A DNA stretch of 64,000 nt from the NCBI GenBank assembly GCA_963699985.1, contig CAVOVZ010000013.1, positions 327,852 to 391,851 of the forward strand, in the 5' to 3' direction. Numbering within the stretch: the first letter of the stretch is position 1; every line of letters starts with the position of its first letter. Positions 16,967-24,974 of this stretch are shown here, piece after piece. This stretch comes from Terriglobia bacterium. GTDB lineage: Bacteria > Acidobacteriota > Polarisedimenticolia > Polarisedimenticolales > CAVOVZ01. The notes below the pieces were generated by a model, which made no database searches, was not told the DNA's origin, and saw only the letters and a program-made list of their open reading frames with translations. Made by a program: the position numbers and the translations under genes.

Positions 16967-17497
16967 ATGCCGCGTAGAAGCGTGCTCACGAAGGTCCTTG
17001 CCGTGCTCGTCTCAGTGGCCGTGTCCGGCGTGGTCGGCCCGGTCCTCGCGGCTCCCGACTCGGCATCCCTCGCCGGGCACGTCCTGGCGACGGACTCCCT
17101 GACGCCTCTTGCCGGGGTCACTGTCCACGTCGGGCAGAAGAAGACAGGGCGAGTGCTCTCGTCGGCTCCGACCGGCGCGGATGGCGGTTTCTCGGTGGGA
17201 GCGATTCCCCCCGGTACGTACGAGATCGCCGTCCAGTCCGGGGAGACCGTGTACCCCGTCAACGTTTCCGTGCCGCTCGAGGCCGGGGAAGCGCGGGACA
17301 TCCAGATCGCCGTGAACCAGCAGGTGGCCCCCCCGCCCGGCCCGACGGACGAGCAAGAGAACAAGAAGGGCGCCGCGGCGTGGTGGAACAACCCGCTGAC
17401 GGCCACGCTGATCGTGCTCGGCGCCGCGGTTCTCATCGGGATCGTCGTGGACAGCGCCACCGACGACGACGCACCGGCCAGCCCATCGAACCCGTAG
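16967..17497 (+). CDS. Secreted CarboxypepD_reg-like protein with C-terminal WW/TM/acidic-PASPS module (paralogue B)
   Basis: ATG 16967 after GGAGG. Signal peptide MPRRSVLTKVLAVLVSVAVSGVVGPVLA-AP. Fold pattern LAGHVLA.DSLTPLAGVTVHV...TGADGGFSVGAIPPGTYEIAV. C-terminus KKGAAAWWNNPLTATLIVLGAAVLIGIVVDSATDDDAPASPSNP*. Confidence 0.8.
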   Translation: MPRRSVLTKVLAVLVSVAVSGVVGPVLAAPDSASLAGHVLATDSLTPLAGVTVHVGQKKTGRVLSSAPTGADGGFSVGAIPPGTYEIAVQSGETVYPVNVSVPLEAGEARDIQIAVNQQVAPPPGPTDEQENKKGAAAWWNNPLTATLIVLGAAVLIGIVVDSATDDDAPASPSNP

Positions 17498-17583
17498 CGA
17501 CATGCGAGGGCGGCCGGTGATGTCCGACGGCCCCCTTCACGAGCTCCGCGCGACGGCCCGGGGACTCGAGTGGGGATGAACCG

Positions 17584-19896
17584 ATGACCCTTGCCTTCGG
17601 CGCAGCGTCGAGCGGAACCGGCGACGGCACGCCGCTCCCCGCGAGCCGCGAGAAACTGAAGGACTACTGGCGCGTGCTGGTGGCGCGACGACGCGTCGTG
17701 TTCAGTGCGCTGGGAGCCGTCGTGGCCTTCACGGCGGTCGCATCCGTCCTGGTCACCCCCGAGTACCGCGCGAAAACGACGATCCAGATCGAGATGCTGG
17801 AGCCGGACATCCTGAAGTTCAAGGGTGTCGTCAACGTGGACAGCTCGTACATGGGGAACTGGAAGTACTACCAGACGCAGTACAAGCTGTTGCGAAGCCG
17901 GGCCGTGCTGCAGCTGGCCGCGGAGAAGCTCGACCTCGCGAACCGTCCGGAGCTCGCTCGCCCCCGGAACAGTCCGATCAGCCGCCTTCGCACGTGGGCC
18001 CGCCGCCGGATCCTGGGGCCGCCTCCCGCTTTCGACCCCTTGGCGGGCGCCATCGCACTGATCGACAGTCGGCTCGTCGTGCAGCCGGTGAAGGACAGTC
18101 AGCTCGTCGAGGTATCGTTCACGCACAGGAACGCGACGCTGGCGTGCGACGTGGCCAACGAGGTGGCGGAAGCGTACCGCGAATTCAACTTCCGCTCCCG
18201 AAACAACACCACGCACACGGCGCGCGGTTTCCTCACCGGCGAAGTCCAGACCGTCCAGGGAGAGATCGCCGATCTCGAGCGGACGCTTCAGGACTACAGC
18301 ACGAGCAAGGACATCCTGGCGCTGAGCGACGGCACGTCGGATATCAGCGAGCAGGCACTGGGGGACCTCAACCGACGTCAGGTGGAGGCCCGAGGCGGCA
18401 TGGCGGTGGCCGAAGCTGCGTACGCCGCCGTGGCCCACGCCCCTCCCGAGGCGCTTCCCGAGGTCCTGAACAGCCCGGTCATCGCCAACCTCAAGGGACA
18501 GCTCGCCGACGCGGAGCGGCGTTACCTGCAGATGGCCGATCGTTTCAAGGAAGACTGGCCTCCCCTGAAGCAGCAGCGCGCCGAGCTGGAGAACTCGCGC
18601 CGGCGCCTCTCGCAGGAGATGGCCTCCATCGCGAGGCAGGTGCGCGAGGTCGCCCGCGCCGACTTCGAGAGGGCCCGCGGGGAAGCCGAGCAGCTCGGAG
18701 AGCAGGTGGACCGCCAGAAGTCCGAGGTGCAGCGCATCCAGCGCGACGCCATCGAATACTCCAGGCTCCGAGCGGCGATCGAGAACAAGCGGGGGATCCT
18801 GGCGAGCCTCGCGGCGCGACAGACCGAGACCGAAACGTCCGAACGGCTCAATGTCACCGGAACGAGCAACATCCGGGTGGTGGACGCGGCCGAGGTCCCC
18901 AAGGCGCCGGTGCGCCCCAACAAGGTCTTGAACCTCCTCTTCGGACTGCTTCTCGGCACGGTGGCGGGCGTGGGGCTCGCGTTCCTGCTGGAGCATCTGG
19001 ACAACACGATCCAGAGCGGCGAGGACGTTTCGCGCCTGACCGGTCTCGCTGTGCTTGCGCAGGTTCCCGTCTACCATCCGCTCCGGTCGGCGGACCCTGG
19101 GGATTCCTCGGACGAGTCCAGGGCCATGCGAGCGGTGGACCTGGCGAGCCACCTCGACTCGAGGTCCATCTTCGCGGAGACGTTCCGGAATCTCCGCACG
19201 TCCATCCTGCTGGCGGCACCCGACCGTCCGCCGCGGCACCTCATGGTGACGTCGTGCCAGCCGCGCGACGGAAAGTCCACCGTGAGCCTCAACCTGGCCG
19301 CGGTGCTCACCCAGCTCGATCGGCGCGTGCTGCTGGTCGATGCGGATCTGCGCGTTCCGCGGCTTCACAAGGTCCTCGGCATCCCGAACGACGTCGGGTT
19401 GTCGAGCTACCTGAGCGGCAACGCCTCGCTCGAGGACCTGCCCGTGGAGACCGACGTTCCCCATCTGCGAGCGATCCCCGCCGGCCCGATCCCACCCAAC
19501 CCATCGGAGCTCCTGGGATCGCCGCGGCTGGCGCTCCTCCTCGAACGGCTGGGCGGAGAGAACGGGGGCTTCGACTTCCTCATCTTCGATTCGTCTCCCC
19601 TACTGTCGGTCTCCGACCCGTTCATTCTCGCCTCGAGCCTCGATGCGACCATCCTCGTGGTACGCGCCGGCGAAACGACCCGGGAGTCCCTGTCCCACGC
19701 CGTGACGCGACTCCGCCAGTCGCGGGCGCGCGTGGTCGGGGCGGTGCTGAACGGATTGACCGAGCACGCGGGGGATTACTACTACGGCCGCTACCGTCAC
19801 GAGTACGCGCAGGACGCCGCGGAGCGTGCATCGACGCCCCGTCGCGTGTTCGTGCGGAAGGCCTCGCGGCGCGAGCGAACGCGGGGCTCGGCCTGA
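17584..19896 (+). CDS. Polysaccharide co-polymerase / BY-tyrosine autokinase (Wzc/GumC-like), copy 1
   Basis: N-terminal Wzz-type domain (LVTPEYRAKTTIQIE) and coiled-coil periplasmic region. C-terminal kinase with P-loop SCQPRDGKSTVSLNLA, Walker A' LLVDADLRVPRLH and the Tyr cluster GDYYYGRYRHEY. Confidence 0.9.
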   Translation: MTLAFGAASSGTGDGTPLPASREKLKDYWRVLVARRRVVFSALGAVVAFTAVASVLVTPEYRAKTTIQIEMLEPDILKFKGVVNVDSSYMGNWKYYQTQYKLLRSRAVLQLAAEKLDLANRPELARPRNSPISRLRTWARRRILGPPPAFDPLAGAIALIDSRLVVQPVKDSQLVEVSFTHRNATLACDVANEVAEAYREFNFRSRNNTTHTARGFLTGEVQTVQGEIADLERTLQDYSTSKDILALSDGTSDISEQALGDLNRRQVEARGGMAVAEAAYAAVAHAPPEALPEVLNSPVIANLKGQLADAERRYLQMADRFKEDWPPLKQQRAELENSRRRLSQEMASIARQVREVARADFERARGEAEQLGEQVDRQKSEVQRIQRDAIEYSRLRAAIENKRGILASLAARQTETETSERLNVTGTSNIRVVDAAEVPKAPVRPNKVLNLLFGLLLGTVAGVGLAFLLEHLDNTIQSGEDVSRLTGLAVLAQVPVYHPLRSADPGDSSDESRAMRAVDLASHLDSRSIFAETFRNLRTSILLAAPDRPPRHLMVTSCQPRDGKSTVSLNLAAVLTQLDRRVLLVDADLRVPRLHKVLGIPNDVGLSSYLSGNASLEDLPVETDVPHLRAIPAGPIPPNPSELLGSPRLALLLERLGGENGGFDFLIFDSSPLLSVSDPFILASSLDATILVVRAGETTRESLSHAVTRLRQSRARVVGAVLNGLTEHAGDYYYGRYRHEYAQDAAERASTPRRVFVRKASRRERTRGSA

Positions 19897-19907
19897 CCCG
19901 GGTCGGG

Positions 19908-21350
19908 GTGGTGCCGGTCGAGACATTCTCCGCGGCGGACCGCGGAGGGAGGGTCCTTCGTTTCGGAATTCTCTGCCTGCTCGTCCTGTCTCCGCTTCCA
20001 TTCGGCAGCGTGGAGTCCTCGGCAGTCCTGGTTCTGGAGCTCACCGCCGCGTGCCTCGGAGGACTCGCGCTGGCGCGGGCGTCGAGGGATCCCGGCTATC
20101 CTCCTCGGAACGTGCGGGGACCTCTCGCCGCATCGGGGGTTCTGGTCGCGGCCGGCCTGCTCCAGATTCTTCCCCTCCCGTCGTCGTGGGGTGCGCCACC
20201 GGCCAGCGGGATGCGGGAGGCGCTTCGCACCCTCGTTCCCGAGGCGGCGCCCCGCGTCGCGCCCTGGAGCGTCTCCCCGCCGGACACCGTGGACGCGCTC
20301 CTCCGGCTCGGAGCCTACGTCCTGCTCGGTCTCGCCGCGGCGGCGGCGTTCCGCGAGCGCCGGCATCGGAAGGCTCTCGCCGTGGCGCTCGCGGGCTGCG
20401 GCGCCTTCGAGGCGGTGTACGGTGTCGCCGAGTACGTCTCCGGACGTCAGCACATCTTCGGATATGCGAAGCTGCACTTCCTCGGAGAAGCCACCGGCAC
20501 GTTCATCAACCGGAACCACTTCGCAGGGTTTCTCGCCATGGCCCTCCCCTTCGCCCTGGCCCTGGCGAGCAGGCAGCACGGAGCGATCGCCGCGCCTTCA
20601 CGCGGGCTGCGCCGCAGGCTCGTGTCCTGGACGCGCTCGTCCGGACCGAACACGTTCCTCGCCGGATTCGCCGCGATCTGTATCTGGGGAGGCATCCTGC
20701 TCTCATACTCCAGGACGGGGCTGGTGGCCGCGCTGGGGGCATCGGCCGCGTTCGCGATTCTCACCAAGGCCCGTCGCAGCCGCTGGCTTCTGCTCGTTGC
20801 TCCTCTTGCCGTGCCCGCCATCGCCATGCTCTGGCTCGAGGTTCGCGCGCCCGGGGAGCGGCTGGCGACCCTCAAGTCCGAGGTCGCCTCGTCCACGGGG
20901 CGGCCCGCGGTCTGGCGGACCTGTCTCGACCTCGTGCGCGAGCAGCCGCTGCTCGGCCACGGGCTCGGGGCCTTCGAGAGCGCGTACTCGCCCCGGCAGA
21001 CCGCCGCGGCGCGCGGCCGATACGATCACGCACACAACGACTGGCTGGAATCGCTCGTGGAAGGCGGGCTACCCGCGCTGGCTGCGGTAGCCGCGCTGCT
21101 CGTCCTCTCCCTGCGTGCCGCGTTCCGTTCGCGCGCCGGTCCCGGTCAGAAGGCCGATCTCGTCGTACAGGCTGCGGGTGCGGCGCTGGTGGCCATCGCG
21201 GTGCACAGCGCCGCCGACTTCTGTCTCCGGATCCCCGCCATCGCCGCGCTCACCGCCGCCCTCGTGGGGATGCTCGCGGGCGCGCAGTCGATCGCGCCGG
21301 CGCCGGGCAACGTGGCCGCATTCCCTGGCGGCGCGAGACGGACCGAGTGA
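19908..21350 (+). CDS. O-antigen ligase-like (Wzy_C family) polytopic membrane protein, copy 1
   Basis: GTG 19908, 12 nt after the wzc-1 stop. About 10-12 TM. Contains ...NRNHFAGFLAMALP..., ...LSYSRTGLVAAL..., ...GHGLGAFESAY...YDHAHNDWLESLVEGG. Confidence 0.8.
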   Translation: MVPVETFSAADRGGRVLRFGILCLLVLSPLPFGSVESSAVLVLELTAACLGGLALARASRDPGYPPRNVRGPLAASGVLVAAGLLQILPLPSSWGAPPASGMREALRTLVPEAAPRVAPWSVSPPDTVDALLRLGAYVLLGLAAAAAFRERRHRKALAVALAGCGAFEAVYGVAEYVSGRQHIFGYAKLHFLGEATGTFINRNHFAGFLAMALPFALALASRQHGAIAAPSRGLRRRLVSWTRSSGPNTFLAGFAAICIWGGILLSYSRTGLVAALGASAAFAILTKARRSRWLLLVAPLAVPAIAMLWLEVRAPGERLATLKSEVASSTGRPAVWRTCLDLVREQPLLGHGLGAFESAYSPRQTAAARGRYDHAHNDWLESLVEGGLPALAAVAALLVLSLRAAFRSRAGPGQKADLVVQAAGAALVAIAVHSAADFCLRIPAIAALTAALVGMLAGAQSIAPAPGNVAAFPGGARRTE

Positions 21351-22678
21351 GACTCTGCGTCGTCAATGCCATCGCACCGCCCGCCGCGGGCTCGCGCGCC
21401 GAGCGCACGCTCCACCTGGCCTCCGCGTGGATTCGGCTCGGCGGGGAGGTCACGGTGCTGCGCGCCCACCTGCCCTCCGGCTACCCGCTGATCGACGCGG
21501 GGCTCGGCAACGCGATGGACCGTTCCGGAGCACGGATCGCAACTCTCGCGGCCGGATGGCCCCCCGCCTGGCGTTACCCGGCGCGGGCTCGGGAGGCAAC
21601 CCGTCCCCTTCTTCGCGCCGCGGCGCAGGCCGTCTGGCCCGACGTGTGGGTCCGTTTTGCGCTCGAGGCGGCTCGCTGGGTTCGAAGGCACCGCGACGAG
21701 CTCGATCTGATCGTCACGTCCGCGCAACCGTGGAGCGACCACGTGGCCGGTCACGAAGCCGCGCGCTCTTGCGGCCTGCCGTGGATCGCGGATTACGGAG
21801 ACCCGTGGAGCCTCATCCCGACCCGCCGCGGATGGGTGCGCTCGCCGGAGTTTCCTTTGGAATCGCGTCTCCTCCGCCTGGTATCGGGTGCTGTGGTGAC
21901 CACGGAACCCACGCGGCGTCTCTTCGTGAGGATGCATCGGCTGCCCCAGGAGAGTGTCCGCGTGATTCCCGCGGGCGTTCCGTGGCGGCCGCTCGCCCCC
22001 CCCCCGCCCTCCCCGGCCCCCCCGACGATCCTCCACGCGGGGACGGTCTACGGCGCTCGCGGCTCAGCGGGGCCGTTCGCGGACGCGGTCGACAGGTACC
22101 GCCGCGCAGGCCGGCCGCTGCGCGTGGTGTGGTTTGGCTCGCTGTGGCGGGACCAGGACGCCCGCGCGATCCTACGGACCGCGGACGTCGTCGAGGAGCG
22201 GGCGACGAGCGACGAGGTGGGCACGGCCGAAGCCGAGGCTCACGTCGTGCTGATCCTCGGCAATCGCGGAGGCATCCAGGTGCCGGGGAAGGTATGGCGC
22301 GCGCTGGGAACCGGCCGGCCGCTGCTCGTGATCCAGGCGGACGAGAACGACCCGCTTCGATCGCTTCCCGAGCTGCGCGACCGCGCGGTATTCTGCGACA
22401 ACGACGCCGCATCCATCGTCCGCGGCATCGAGGCCTGCGTCGCGCGGCTTCCGGACTGGCCGTTTGCCGCGACCTCTCGGCCACGCGACCTTCCGAGCTG
22501 GGAGCAACGGGCGCGGGACCTCGGGGCGTTCGCCGACGAGTGCGTCGCCCGGCAGCGGTCCGCGCGCGTCGTTCTCCCGCGCAGCGCGTCATTTCGATTG
22601 CCATTGATCGCCGGCACCGCCTGTGGACTGCGGTTTCTCGACCTGTGGACCCGGCGGCGCGCCGCTCGGGGCGTCTGA
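21347..22678 (+). CDS. Glycosyltransferase (GT-B fold, GT4-like)
   Basis: GTG 21347 overlaps the upstream stop (GTGA). The N-terminus VRLCVVNAIAPPAAGSRAERTLHLA and the C-terminal half ...TILHAGTVYG...HVVLILGN...VPGKVWRALGTGRPLLVI fit GT-B donor-binding topology. Confidence 0.65.
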   Translation: MRLCVVNAIAPPAAGSRAERTLHLASAWIRLGGEVTVLRAHLPSGYPLIDAGLGNAMDRSGARIATLAAGWPPAWRYPARAREATRPLLRAAAQAVWPDVWVRFALEAARWVRRHRDELDLIVTSAQPWSDHVAGHEAARSCGLPWIADYGDPWSLIPTRRGWVRSPEFPLESRLLRLVSGAVVTTEPTRRLFVRMHRLPQESVRVIPAGVPWRPLAPPPPSPAPPTILHAGTVYGARGSAGPFADAVDRYRRAGRPLRVVWFGSLWRDQDARAILRTADVVEERATSDEVGTAEAEAHVVLILGNRGGIQVPGKVWRALGTGRPLLVIQADENDPLRSLPELRDRAVFCDNDAASIVRGIEACVARLPDWPFAATSRPRDLPSWEQRARDLGAFADECVARQRSARVVLPRSASFRLPLIAGTACGLRFLDLWTRRRAARGV

Positions 22679-23899
22679 GATCCGCTCGAGGCCGACTCGG
22701 CCGCGGGCCGCGAGACGATCCTCGTGGCGATTCGCGTCGACGGTGAACTTGCAGGCCCAGTTCGGAAACTGGAAACGACAGTAGCCCCCCCACACCGGGA
22801 ACGAACCTTTCACGCCGCCGCGGACCTCCTGCGGACCGTCGAGACGGACCGTCCGGCGCACGTAGCGGTTCGCCGCCTCGGCCGCGGCGAGGTAGCGAAC
22901 GTCGCCCGTGTCCTCGAGCAGGAGGAGCCAGCAGATGGCCGCCTGCGAGGTCCCGGTGAGGCAGGCCGACCGGCTCGCGGGGGACCAGTCCGCGCGCAGA
23001 CGGCCGGGAAGAAACCCGTCCGCGCGAAGAGCGGAAGCCAGTCCATCCGCCGTCCGCCGCGCCGCGGCGAGAAGGCTGTCGTCGCGGCTGTGGCGCCACG
23101 CCTCGACGATCCCGCGGGCCGCGTAGGCCAGCGTGTGGGTCAGCGGGCGCGCCGGATCGTCGAGGGAGCAGTTCTCGAACCATCCGTTCGGCCGCTGCCT
23201 GGTGAGGGCCCAGCGCACGTTACGAAACGCGGCGTCCGACCATCGACGATTCGCCGAGACGCGGGCGGCTTCGAGGAGGCCCCAGGCCACGTGCGTGTGA
23301 TACGTCTTCGCACCCACGGAAACGGAAGGGCCCCCGGCGCGCCGCCAGGCGCCGTCCTCGTCCTGCACGCCCACCAGCCACTCCGCCGCTCGCTCGATCG
23401 CGTCGAGATACGCGCCGACTGCCGCCGCGCCCGCCGCCAGACCGAGGAGGACCTGTCCCGTGTTGAACACCACGGGAACCGGCGGAGCCGAACCGACGGT
23501 TCCGCCCTGGAAACCGCCTCCCGGGAGCTGGATCGAGGCGAGCCAATCGAGCATCCGCCGCCCGCGATCCCGAAGCTCGGCGGAGCCGGTATCTTCGGCG
23601 TACTCGAGGATCGTGGGCACCGCGTAGCCGGTGGTCTCGGGGTAGGACGAAGACCATCCGCGGGCGAGATCGAAGGCCCTCGCGATCCCTCCGTCCGCGG
23701 ATCTGGACCGGTCCTGGGCGCGACAGAGCCAGCGGATTGCCTCCTCGCGCACGCGGCGGGGACCGGGATCGTCCTCGGGCAGGCCTCGCAGATCGCGAAG
23801 GACTTCCTCCCGGACGGCGCGGGCACGGAAGGAGGGAACGGACCGGGCGAAAGACTTCGCCCCCTGCCAGAGCGATCGGATCCGCGCACTGTCGTCCAA
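22589..23899 (-). CDS. (alpha/alpha)6-toroid protein, prenyltransferase/squalene-cyclase-repeat-like
   Basis: 3' part of ORF 22589-24652. The start is uncertain (TTG 23899 or GTG 23752). Contains ...WLCRAQDRSRSADGGIARAF...SYPETTGYAVPTILEYA...WLASIQLPGGGFQGG...WLVGVQDEDGAWRR...ALTRQRPNGWFENCSL. Confidence 0.6.
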   Translation of the reverse strand: MDDSARIRSLWQGAKSFARSVPSFRARAVREEVLRDLRGLPEDDPGPRRVREEAIRWLCRAQDRSRSADGGIARAFDLARGWSSSYPETTGYAVPTILEYAEDTGSAELRDRGRRMLDWLASIQLPGGGFQGGTVGSAPPVPVVFNTGQVLLGLAAGAAAVGAYLDAIERAAEWLVGVQDEDGAWRRAGGPSVSVGAKTYHTHVAWGLLEAARVSANRRWSDAAFRNVRWALTRQRPNGWFENCSLDDPARPLTHTLAYAARGIVEAWRHSRDDSLLAAARRTADGLASALRADGFLPGRLRADWSPASRSACLTGTSQAAICWLLLLEDTGDVRYLAAAEAANRYVRRTVRLDGPQEVRGGVKGSFPVWGGYCRFQFPNWACKFTVDANRHEDRLAARGRVGLERISDAPSGAPPGPQVEKPQSTGGAGDQWQSK

Positions 23900-24027
23900 G
23901 TCCGCGCCCGCTTTCGTCCGCCCGGAATCCCGCCGCCGGCGGACCGGCGAAGAGCGCCTACCATACCGGCCGCGGCTGCATGGCGGCAACTGGTAGAATC
24001 CGGCGGGTTGCGCGGCGGAGAAGCGAC

Positions 24028-24137
24028 GGGAATTCGGGAATTCGGGGACAGCAACCGAAACTCGTGGAACGACCCGCGGCTTGAACAACCTACGGGCCCG
24101 CGAGTTTCGGTTGCTGTCCCCGAATTCCCGAATTCCC
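24028..24137. repeat. Perfect 37-bp inverted repeat with 36-nt spacer (110-nt element) in a divergent intergenic region
   Basis: The left arm gggaattcgggaattcggggacagcaaccgaaactcg (24028-24064) is the exact reverse complement of the right arm (24101-24137). The arms contain tandem GGGAATTC units (four GAATTC sites). Confidence 0.95.
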
Positions 24138-24163
24138 GGATTCCGATTTCCCGAGGACGGACC

Positions 24164-24940
24164 GTGGGAAGTCTCGATCGGGCCTATTATGATCAAGTTT
24201 TCGACTCCGGGTTGAACCTGAAGGAGTCGCTGCGACACGCCACGCGTCACGAGTTCGTCCTGTCCAGGATTCCGGACGATGCGGCGAGCATTCTCGATGC
24301 AGGGTGCGGAGACGGCGGCCTCTTCGATCGACTGCCGCGGCGCGATCTGACGGTTGGCGTCGACTTCTCCGTCGCGGCACTGCGCCAGGCGCGCGGCGTG
24401 GTGGCGTGCGCTCGTTTGGACGCTCTGTGCTTCCCCGACGCCTCGTTCGATCTGGTGCTGGCCACGGAGGTTCTCGAGCACCTCCGCAGCGACGAGCTCC
24501 ACCGGGCGGTCCGAGAGCTCTCGCGCGTCGCCCGCCGCTACTGCATCGTGTCGGTTCCCAACCGCGAGCGCCTTTCGGTGGCCCGCGTGACCTGCCCCGA
24601 GTGCGCCACCGCGTTCCACGCCTGGGGCCACCTGCGTTCCTTCGATCCTCATCGCTTAGAAGGACTGATCCCGGGATTCTCGGTTCGGACCGTGGACGAG
24701 GTCGGCGTTACGCGACTCGAGTTCCCCATGTGGATGATCCGCCTTCGCCGACTGCGTTCCGGCGAACCATCCCTTCCGGATGGCCGCGCCTGCCCCTTCT
24801 GCGGATTCGTTCGATCGGGTGCAGTGCGGCTTTCGTCTCTTGGGGAAACCCCCACGCGGCGCGCGCTGTCGTTTCTGGCTCGCAAGCGGCCGAGCTGGCT
24901 CGTGGCCACCTACGAGAGGACCCGAGTGGGCGCGCCGTGA
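24164..24940 (+). CDS. Class I SAM-dependent methyltransferase with C-terminal Cys4 (zinc-ribbon-like) insertions
   Basis: GTG 24164 after GAGGA. Motif I ILDAGCGDGGL, ...FDLVLATEVLEHL..., and the CPEC...CPFC pairs. Confidence 0.8.
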   Translation: MGSLDRAYYDQVFDSGLNLKESLRHATRHEFVLSRIPDDAASILDAGCGDGGLFDRLPRRDLTVGVDFSVAALRQARGVVACARLDALCFPDASFDLVLATEVLEHLRSDELHRAVRELSRVARRYCIVSVPNRERLSVARVTCPECATAFHAWGHLRSFDPHRLEGLIPGFSVRTVDEVGVTRLEFPMWMIRLRRLRSGEPSLPDGRACPFCGFVRSGAVRLSSLGETPTRRALSFLARKRPSWLVATYERTRVGAP

Positions 24941-24974
24941 AACCCCAGGGGCGCTTCGCAACGAGTGATGCGTC

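Noticed and set aside
16702-19464. 920-aa ORF antisense to paralogue B and wzc-1
   Set aside because: The translation is Arg/Gly/Pro/Asp-rich with no recognisable domain. It is fully antisense to a gene with clear Wzc motifs. This is the typical open antisense frame of a very GC-rich genome.
24028-24137. CRISPR-like repeat (the motif recurs at 16817)
   Set aside because: There are only three copies, two of them inverted, with no regular repeat-spacer periodicity and no cas genes.
22589-24652. 687-aa version of the toroid-protein ORF extending upstream through the inverted repeat
   Set aside because: The upstream ~250 codons are antisense to the methyltransferase and read through the palindrome (…PGIREFGDSNRNSRARRLFKPRVVPRVSVAVPEFPNSRRF…). 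Only the part below ~23900 looks like protein.
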